A model generated the notes under the pieces. It was given only the letters and a program-made list of their open reading frames with translations. It was not told the origin of the DNA and did not search any database. DNA of 64,000 nucleotides, from IMG/VR virus record IMGVR_UViG_3300032288_005197, positions 21,561 through 85,560 of that record. One strand, given 5' to 3'. This document shows, in pieces, positions 57,735 through 64,000 of this stretch. Source of the stretch: a virus. The translations under genes were made by a program, and so were the position numbers. The number at the start of each line of letters is the position of its first letter. Position 1 is the first letter of the stretch.

Positions 57735-58617
57735 AATTGTCTATAAACCATTTTACTGTTTCCTTAAGACCTTCCTCAATTGGAGTGAATTTAAAATCCG
57801 GTAGATAACTCTTTAACTTTGAATTATCTGAAGGTTTTCGGTGTTGGCCGTTTGGTTTTGTCGTATCGAATCTTACTGCACCTTTAAAATTGAATGCATC
57901 CACTAGGAGCTCAACAACCTCCGCTATTGAAATTTCTTCGGATGTGCTAAGTATCAGAGGTTCAGCCTCATCGTAATTGTCCACCGCCCATTCAGCAAGT
58001 CTAGCAACATCCTTTGAGTATATGAATTCTCTAAGAGGCGATCCGTCTCCCCAAATAAAGAGCTCGCTATTGTTCTGTTGTGCCTGATAAATCTTGTACA
58101 TCAACATTGGAATGACATGTCCATGAGTCATTGAAAAATTATCGTTTGGCCCATAAATGTTACATGGAATTACTGAAGTGTATTTCACGCCGTACTGTTC
58201 GCGATACGCTCTGATCTGAATGTCTGACATTCTCTTTGCATAGGCATAGGGATAGTTAGATGAGTGAGGTTCGCCTAGATGAATTTTCTTTTCCGTTAAT
58301 GGATACTCAATTGAGTCCGGAAAAACACAAGTGGAGAGAAAGGCTACTAGATTAGTAACTCCTGCTTTACGAGCCTCCTCAATGACATTTGTGTTAATCA
58401 TCAAGTTATCATAGAAGTATTCCCCCTTGTAATTCATGTTGCCCCCAAGTCCTCCAACTTTACCTGCGCAATGAATGACGTGCGTAGGTTTATGAAGGTC
58501 AAAGGCAGTTTGGGTTTGAGCAGAACTGGTTAAGTCAAATTCTCTACCGATCTTAACGTCCGCCTCTATGGCTGACCCGACTAGACCATTTCCGCCGGTC
58601 ACTAGTAATTTACGCAT
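57715..58617 (-). CDS. fcl: GDP-L-fucose synthase
   Basis: TGGNGLVG, AGKVGG, LSTCVFP, YAYAKR, PCNIYGPNDNF, HVIP, WGDGSPLREF. Confidence 0.92.
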   Translation of the reverse strand: MRKLLVTGGNGLVGSAIEADVKIGREFDLTSSAQTQTAFDLHKPTHVIHCAGKVGGLGGNMNYKGEYFYDNLMINTNVIEEARKAGVTNLVAFLSTCVFPDSIEYPLTEKKIHLGEPHSSNYPYAYAKRMSDIQIRAYREQYGVKYTSVIPCNIYGPNDNFSMTHGHVIPMLMYKIYQAQQNNSELFIWGDGSPLREFIYSKDVARLAEWAVDNYDEAEPLILSTSEEISIAEVVELLVDAFNFKGAVRFDTTKPNGQHRKPSDNSKLKSYLPDFKFTPIEEGLKETVKWFIDNYETARK

Positions 58618-58644
58618 ATTAGATTGAGTTTTTATATTATACTC

Positions 58645-59730
58645 TCAATCAGCTGAATGGTTCCAAAAAGGTTTTTGGTATTCTGGGCGAATCATTCGCC
58701 AAATAGTTTGATCGTAATTCTTATCTTGTAACATTGAGAACACAAGGCCTTGGTACTCCTTTGGGCAATTTGCTTGAATCCACAGGGCGTCCTCCTTCTT
58801 AGTGTTAAGAGGTTGGCTCAGTAATTCTGCCAAGATCTTTTTAGCCTCAAGTTCTTTCATTACGAACGCGAACTTAAGAGCCCTAATCCAGTCTCTAACC
58901 CATGAATCAAATTCGTCCGGCACGCTCTCAAGGTAATCACTTAGCCCGTCGCCATTTCGTAAGCATTCCCAAATATCTAGATTTGAAAAGTTAGTCAACA
59001 GTCGGTGTAGTCTAATGTACTCATCGAACTTGATCTTAACTCGATAATTAGATGGGTGAAATCGTAGGACGAAACCTTCCTTATCGGATTCATTAAGATT
59101 CTTATATCGTTTAAAAATATTCTCAGTAATGGTATCCATCGCCGTCCAAACAATATCCTCGTCAAGGATTCCAGATGAGTGAAATAGAGCTTTAGCCGTT
59201 CCCCAATTTACTTCACGCCCTTCCATGACGGCTGACAGAAACATGAGCTTTTCTTCCGCATAATCAACGACTATTCTGTTTTCAGGATAGATGATCTCAC
59301 AAATGTAACAAACGGTTGGATGAAACTTTCCAAGATCGTACTTCTTTTTTAGAATCTCTAGTCCCGCTTTGGCTTGATCGGATTCAAATGATCCGCGCGT
59401 TGCCATGTGCCAATCGTTGCTGTAATGGAATAAGATTCCCAACGAGCCGTCCATTTTTTCTTGCACATAAACATATTCGTCATTCACCGGAATCTCTCCC
59501 TTATTCTCGACCTCTTCATAATTAAAGAACTTATTGAAGCCTCTAGCTACTATTCGATTCTCATGATCAAGTATTAATCCCCTGCACTGTAGAGTCACTT
59601 GGTCCCAACGTTGTTCGAACTGACATTCTCTTGAATAATTATAAATGGTGAGTGGAAGCTTGGGATGATCCTTTGCTTCCACTAATCCGTTATCAACGTA
59701 AGGTTGTATGATTTCTCTAGTTAGGATCAT
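58645..59730 (-). CDS. RNA ligase 1 (T4 Rnl1/RnlA family)
   Basis: CRGLI, KFFNYEE, EKMDGSLG, ATRGSF, EIIYPENRIVVDY, EGFVL, KIKFDEY..LH; start placed at MILTRE. Confidence 0.9.
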   Translation of the reverse strand: MILTREIIQPYVDNGLVEAKDHPKLPLTIYNYSRECQFEQRWDQVTLQCRGLILDHENRIVARGFNKFFNYEEVENKGEIPVNDEYVYVQEKMDGSLGILFHYSNDWHMATRGSFESDQAKAGLEILKKKYDLGKFHPTVCYICEIIYPENRIVVDYAEEKLMFLSAVMEGREVNWGTAKALFHSSGILDEDIVWTAMDTITENIFKRYKNLNESDKEGFVLRFHPSNYRVKIKFDEYIRLHRLLTNFSNLDIWECLRNGDGLSDYLESVPDEFDSWVRDWIRALKFAFVMKELEAKKILAELLSQPLNTKKEDALWIQANCPKEYQGLVFSMLQDKNYDQTIWRMIRPEYQKPFWNHSAD

Positions 59731-59911
59731 AGTCTTTAGTTTTTTCGATTTGATGCCACATGATTCCGTCGAAACCTTCAATCACGTAACGGTTTACGAT
59801 TTTATAAACGGCCATAATGTCTCTAAGCGCATTGAGGCTCGGTGAGAAAGTTACTCCATTCGAAAATCCTTTAAATTCTCGATACTGCGCTCTATATTCT
59901 ATGAAAATCAT
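59717..59911 (-). CDS. Hypothetical protein
   Basis: 64 aa ORF overlapping both neighbours. Confidence 0.45.
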   Translation of the reverse strand: MIFIEYRAQYREFKGFSNGVTFSPSLNALRDIMAVYKIVNRYVIEGFDGIMWHQIEKTKDYDPN

Positions 59912-60228
59912 GCGGTTAGTAATTGAATAAGCGAATAGGACAATTTGTAACCGGTGAATGCTCCAAGAGCGGAAGGAATCGGAAATACTATCAGCTTGCC
60001 TAAATGAGTTACGTATTTAGGTCTATTCACGATTGTGCCCATGTAAAAGTAATAGGCAATGTATCCAAGCAGTACAGCAACGTCAGTCTTGGTCGCAATG
60101 AATACTACAAGAGTCGCGCCTATGAAACCGAACGTGAAGTTGTCTCGGATACCTTCCCAAACTTCAGCAGCAGTTGCCTCATTCCAGTCCTTTACTATTT
60201 GTCTAAATGTTGCTTTTTGTCTTCTCAT
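59908..60228 (-). CDS. Hypothetical membrane protein
   Basis: Three hydrophobic segments. Confidence 0.6.
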   Translation of the reverse strand: MRRQKATFRQIVKDWNEATAAEVWEGIRDNFTFGFIGATLVVFIATKTDVAVLLGYIAYYFYMGTIVNRPKYVTHLGKLIVFPIPSALGAFTGYKLSYSLIQLLTA

Positions 60229-60641
60229 AATTTAACTTCAAAACGGTCTCTCATCTCCTGTACCTTCTCATCAGGTACTCCGTGCACGTTCTTGCCACCA
60301 TGGCGATTCTCAACTATCAAAGAAACTACATGATACTCGAATTGTTTTGCTAAATCCAAGTATGCCTGCATCTCCCATTCTCTGGTGAATGTGTTTGACA
60401 CTATGATTTCTGGATAGTACTGACCTGCGCTTAGGTGATTTTGTTCCATTGCCTCCTGTACTGATCGACGACACCATTCATGGGCTTCTTTTAATTTCGA
60501 GCCATCGAATCGGTACATACCGTCCTCATCATAGAAGAATTTATCTGCTTCAAACACGACTCCGCTTGACCACATGTGATTAGCAAAGGTGCTCTTACCT
60601 GAACCTGGAACTCCACGTAGGAGAATTAATACTCTACTCAT
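60225..60641 (-). CDS. P-loop polynucleotide kinase-like protein (AAA_33 type)
   Basis: LLRGVPGSGKST, EAD, AH.WC, VSNTF...WEM..Y, NVHGVP. Confidence 0.85.
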   Translation of the reverse strand: MSRVLILLRGVPGSGKSTFANHMWSSGVVFEADKFFYDEDGMYRFDGSKLKEAHEWCRRSVQEAMEQNHLSAGQYYPEIIVSNTFTREWEMQAYLDLAKQFEYHVVSLIVENRHGGKNVHGVPDEKVQEMRDRFEVKL

Positions 60642-61309
60642 TACTTTGCCTTCTTTAATATTACTTGATCAATCACACCGTATTTCACAGCTTCTTCGGC
60701 GGTCAACCAAAAATCTCGAGTTGCGTCCTTTTTTACCTGTTCGGGTTTTTTGCCACAGTACTTGCCTAGCAGAATAAAGAGCTCATCATTGATCTTCTTC
60801 CACTCTTCCATATCAACTTCTGCATCCTGGATATTTCCGCTAAAACCGCCGCTGGATTGGTGTAGCATTGTTCTTGAGTGTTTTAGCGAGAATCTCTTGC
60901 CTTTAGTTCCAGCTCCAAGAAGAACTGATCCCATCGATGCGGCCATTCCAGTATTAACAGTAATGATGTCTGCATTGATGTAGTCCATCACATCGACCAT
61001 TGAGAGTCCTGACTTGACTGATCCTCCTGGAGAGTCAATGTGCATTGTGATATCTGCTCCACCGACCGAATCAAGAAACATCAATTGAGCTTGGACGATT
61101 GTTGACATGTAATCATTCACTGGCCCAGCGACCCATAGGATACGGTCACGCATTAAACGGGAGAAAATGTCCATTTGAGTAACACGTAGCTCGCGTTCCT
61201 CTAGGATATAAGGCGTCATTGACGCTTCAACTTGTTTTTGATAATTATGCAAATTCAGCGATGACACACCGTGCTCGCTCATTGCGTACTTTTGGAATTC
61301 ATTCATCAT
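60641..61309 (-). CDS. clpP: ATP-dependent Clp protease proteolytic subunit
   Basis: MDIFSRLMRDRI, DSPGGSV, GMAASMG, MLHQ, RDFWLTAEEA. Confidence 0.95.
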   Translation of the reverse strand: MMNEFQKYAMSEHGVSSLNLHNYQKQVEASMTPYILEERELRVTQMDIFSRLMRDRILWVAGPVNDYMSTIVQAQLMFLDSVGGADITMHIDSPGGSVKSGLSMVDVMDYINADIITVNTGMAASMGSVLLGAGTKGKRFSLKHSRTMLHQSSGGFSGNIQDAEVDMEEWKKINDELFILLGKYCGKKPEQVKKDATRDFWLTAEEAVKYGVIDQVILKKAK

Positions 61310-61347
61310 GGTATTAATATACCAAAGAATTAAGGGCTCAAGTCTAA

Positions 61348-62904
61348 TTAGAGTCCGAATCTTGATTTAGTAGTATTCCACTTCTGAGAAATGGTGGTTG
61401 CGTCGATTGCCTTATCGTATATGTTAACGATCGCAAGACGTCCTCCCCAAAATCCTCCCGGAGGATCATCCCAACGTCTCATTAAAACTATTCCATCCTG
61501 TCCGCTAACGACACTACCTGTATAGCTTGTGCTCTGAACTAGAGTATTATTGACGTACAATTTAATAGTAGTACCGTCATAGGTACCGACTATGTGATAC
61601 CAGTTATTGGCAGTTAGAGTGTAACCGGTTGGCGTAGCTCTCCATCCGCCGTTAAAGAACGCTGCTGATAAATTAGGATTATTATCCGCAACCGATCCTA
61701 GTGTGTAGTTGATGTTACCTCCGGAGTTTGGCCATTTTTCAGTCACAATGCAAGGTGACAAACCTGTATTTGTTCCATTGTAGTAGTGCCATACCTCAAC
61801 CGTCCATTTGCCTAACGATGATAAACTGGTAGAGGACCTAGCATATTGTCCGCTTGATGGATCAAACGTGAAGTTACCACCATTTTCTGGAGCCCAAACT
61901 GGGTTATTGTAGAGAGTAAAACTCTTGTTATTGACGATGTCCGTCCAAGTACTGCCTGATCCTGAATAGGTTGCTGCGTCTAGCGCAAGGACTGGCGCAG
62001 AATAAGAACTCCAAAATCCGTTAGTGTCCAACCATGTCTTTGCGAGGATTGCTGTTGCAAAAGTTTGAGGAGTTGCAAACTTTGTCGATACGTACTCGGC
62101 CAAGTCGATGAATTCCGAATCAGTTAAGTTTTTGGTTCGGTTAAATCCAACTGAAGCAAGAGTCTGCCCCAAGAAAGTAAATCCGCCGGGTACTGTGTAG
62201 GTTGAAGTAGTCAATAGCGTTGCTTGCCCGCCATACGGCGTCACTGCTGCATATAAATCAATCAATCCACCTGCTGGGACACCATTGGTTCCGGCACTAG
62301 GGTCGGCTGCTGGATTACCGTTCCAATTACCGCCATTTACTCTAACCCAGGCTAAGTTACCGTCTACTGCGACATCGACTATATCGTTTAGAGATCCCCA
62401 GGTTGGCAAGCCTGACACTTGAGTAGAGCCTCCCAAAAGATAAGTCCCATCCGCTCCAAACCCAATGCTCTTTCCATCAGGTCCACCAACATAACTGTTG
62501 TAATCCATATCCGATTTTCCAAATCCAACGTATCCTCCAGTAATGATTGAATCGTCCACTCTAATGCTGAACATTGCTCTTTCACTTGAAATAATCTTTC
62601 TATTTGCAACCGCTGATGCAAAGACAGCCTGGCCGTCAGCGGTTAGATCATCATTGGTCAAGATGATGCCAGTACCTATTTTGAAACTATCCCAAATCAT
62701 CTTTAGCGGCGTGATTTGAGTTTTCGGGTCAACCTCATGGGCGATCACGAACCCGATTTCCTCGTCCGGACCCATCCACCATAATTCTCCAGAAGGAGGA
62801 GCGGCCGGTACGTATTGAGTATTTCCTACTGCAAGATTACCTATTTGGGTGGTTCCGCTTATCGCCGAGCCTGTATTTAATACAAATGGTCTGGTTGTTG
62901 CCAT
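61348..62904 (-). CDS. Virion surface protein with SPRY-like and LamG/concanavalin domains
   Basis: W.RVNGGNWNG.P.ADP (SPRY-like); LALDAA.YSGSG.TW.D and WYHIVGTYDGTTIKLYVN (LamG); late motif at 62925-62932. Confidence 0.75.
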   Translation of the reverse strand: MATTRPFVLNTGSAISGTTQIGNLAVGNTQYVPAAPPSGELWWMGPDEEIGFVIAHEVDPKTQITPLKMIWDSFKIGTGIILTNDDLTADGQAVFASAVANRKIISSERAMFSIRVDDSIITGGYVGFGKSDMDYNSYVGGPDGKSIGFGADGTYLLGGSTQVSGLPTWGSLNDIVDVAVDGNLAWVRVNGGNWNGNPAADPSAGTNGVPAGGLIDLYAAVTPYGGQATLLTTSTYTVPGGFTFLGQTLASVGFNRTKNLTDSEFIDLAEYVSTKFATPQTFATAILAKTWLDTNGFWSSYSAPVLALDAATYSGSGSTWTDIVNNKSFTLYNNPVWAPENGGNFTFDPSSGQYARSSTSLSSLGKWTVEVWHYYNGTNTGLSPCIVTEKWPNSGGNINYTLGSVADNNPNLSAAFFNGGWRATPTGYTLTANNWYHIVGTYDGTTIKLYVNNTLVQSTSYTGSVVSGQDGIVLMRRWDDPPGGFWGGRLAIVNIYDKAIDATTISQKWNTTKSRFGL

Positions 62905-62951
62905 TTAATGGAAGCTATTTGAGGTTATTTATTTCCCTATCCAATTCACAT

Positions 62952-62975
62952 AAAAAAACCGGCCAGAGCCGGTTT
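62952..62975 (-). terminator. Intrinsic terminator ending the ncRNA cluster
   Basis: AAACCGGC-tctg-GCCGGTTT followed by TTTT. Confidence 0.85.
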
Positions 62976-62981
62976 AAGTAT

Positions 62982-63126
62982 TAGTGACGAGTATGGTGAA
63001 CAGAGTGTAGTTGTTTATTTCTGATTATTAGTCAGACGACTTATCCACTTGTCTAATTCGCCCAGTGGGCAAATATAGGATTCGAACCTATGTTTTGAAG
63101 TAACTCTAGATCTTGCTACGTCGCTA
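62982..63126 (-). ncRNA. Y RNA (YrlA)-like RNA 1, permuted tRNA in the order T-arm, acceptor hairpin, D-arm, anticodon arm (AAT)
   Basis: Terminal stem TAGCGACG/CGTCACTA; TAGCAA..GTTACTTC motif; ATAGG-TTCGAAT-CCTAT; TCTGA-CT-AAT-AA-TCAGA. Confidence 0.7.
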
Positions 63127-63145
63127 TTGTTTTATTTATAAGTTT

Positions 63146-63283
63146 AGGTAAAGAAAGTTTCCAACGGAAATGTAGGTGCTCTAACCACTGAGCTACCGAC
63201 GGGCAGTTAGCGCCGCCAGATGGGATTCGAACCCACGACCACCCGGTTAATAGCCGAAGTAACCGTTTAGATTGCTATTACCT
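63146..63283 (-). ncRNA. Y RNA (YrlA)-like RNA 2, permuted tRNA in the order anticodon arm (ATT), T-arm, acceptor hairpin, D-arm
   Basis: Terminal stem AGGTAA/TTACCT; TAGCAAT..GGTTACTTC; GTGGG-TTCGAAT-CCCAT precedes TAGCTCAGTGGTTAGAGC. Confidence 0.7.
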
Positions 63284-63291
63284 TAATATTA

Positions 63292-63416
63292 TTGGGAGAA
63301 AGTTGTAAAGGTGTAACGCTTTCGCGCCTCTGTGGGGGTCGAACCCACTACCCATTTTGTTGAAGAAAATTGCTCTACCAATTGAGCTAAGAAGTAACCC
63401 TTACATTGCTACCCAA
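63292..63416 (-). ncRNA. Y RNA (YrlA)-like RNA 3, embedded unpermuted tRNA body with TCA anticodon
   Basis: Terminal stem TTGGG/CCCAA; TAGCAAT..GGTTACTTC; TAGCTCAATTGGTAGAGC, ATTTT-CT-TCA-AC-AAAAT, GTGGG-TTCGACC-CCCAC. Confidence 0.7.
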
Positions 63417-63439
63417 ATATTTTAATTCAAAGAACTTAA

Positions 63440-63900
63440 AAATCAAAGAGTGAAGTATCGTCGCTGGCCCAATCAGCTTCACTCTTCTATCTCCATCGTT
63501 CAGCTAAATAAGTAGCTTCCGGATTTTGATGGTTATAGTCTTGGACTCAAGAGTATCCCTTTGCCGTATTCTCAAGACACGTTGAGACGTAGTAACCGTC
63601 CAGGCAAGGTCTATTGTACTCTACTCGAACATCCAATCTAAGTGTGTCATGGACTCTTTGAGTATTTCCTCACGACTTTCTTCCTTACCCTACCGCTAAA
63701 GTTACGTAGCAGTCTTGCTCGAAGGCTGAGCAACCGCAATATCATAAAGCCGCTAAACGATATTGCTTGTAGTCTTGTCGCCCCGATTTACCATTGCTGG
63801 CAGTGTCGAAACTTTACAACATAAAGTCTACAAATGTTGGCATTTCTAAGTAGTAGCTGCGAAATAACTCTTCAGTACTAGGAATTCGCTAAATGCTTAA
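63440..63900 (-). ncRNA. Candidate large structured non-coding RNA
   Basis: About 460 nt with no credible ORF and many helices (AAGAGTGAAG/CTTCACTCTT, GCAATATC/GATATTGC, TTGCTC/GAGCAA, TCTCAA/TTGAGA); lies between tRNA-like genes; strand inferred from neighbours. Confidence 0.5.
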
Positions 63901-63910
63901 GACGAATTTT

Positions 63911-64000
63911 GTGATCAGGGCCGGACTCGAACCGGATACCGTGCTAGACGGAGTAGACGACCTTACCTCTTTCAAGTTGGGGATTCGGAACCGTTCCTCA
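63911..64000 (-). ncRNA. 3' part of a tRNA-like RNA with a large insertion (truncated by the window)
   Basis: CCGG-TTCGAGT-CCGG-CCCTGATC-AC T-arm and acceptor 3' strand; no normal anticodon arm within the next 60 nt. Confidence 0.5.

Noticed and set aside
1889-62621. Numerous 60-115 aa ORFs antisense to or nested within long genes
   Set aside because: They overlap well-supported CDSs and show no motifs or expression signals.
63292-63416. Opal suppressor or selenocysteine tRNA (TCA anticodon) implying stop-codon recoding
   Set aside because: It has no free 7-bp acceptor or CCA, no long Sec variable arm, and sits inside the shared Y-like scaffold. Genes in the window are intact in the standard code and some end in TGA.
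62982-63416. CRISPR array, suggested by the recurring GAAGTAAC..TTGCTA
   Set aside because: The repeats are short and degenerate, the intervening sequences are tRNA-like, and there are no cas genes.
63642-63824. 60-aa plus-strand ORF
   Set aside because: GTG start, opposite to the local strand, no recognisable features, and overlaps a helix-rich region better explained as ncRNA.
63911-64000. tmRNA 3' end
   Set aside because: The acceptor strand CCTGATC-A lacks the Ala-type ...CTCCACCA end typical of tmRNA.

Overview
This is a 64 kb segment of a large T4-superfamily (jumbo-type) myovirus genome using the standard genetic code. The host is probably a Bacteroidota species, inferred from the lack of Shine-Dalgarno sites, A-rich start contexts and SprB-repeat and DUF2452-like genes. 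Core genes include portal, neck, gp25, gp4, gp2, UvsW, UvsY, primase and the C-terminal half of a split family-B DNA polymerase. The window also has many late genes carrying a T4-like capsid-targeting motif, nucleotide-sugar enzymes (RfbH, RmlD, HldE/HldD, Gmd/Fcl), ClpC/ClpP, a broad RNA-repair set and nine canonical tRNA genes. The main finding is an unannotated 23-codon leader ORF (42514-42585, minus strand) ahead of an 8-tRNA array. Its codons 4-18 specify only the five amino acids carried by those tRNAs and include a cognate codon for each of the eight. It is coupled to a mutually exclusive terminator/antiterminator pair, which points to a ribosome-mediated attenuator that would turn on phage tRNA synthesis when those tRNAs are depleted. 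Other notable elements are three Y-RNA-like ncRNAs, each holding a tRNA in a different permutation, a ~460 nt structured ncRNA candidate, and a gene bracketed by long-range inverted repeats. All family calls come from motif recognition by eye; no searches were run.
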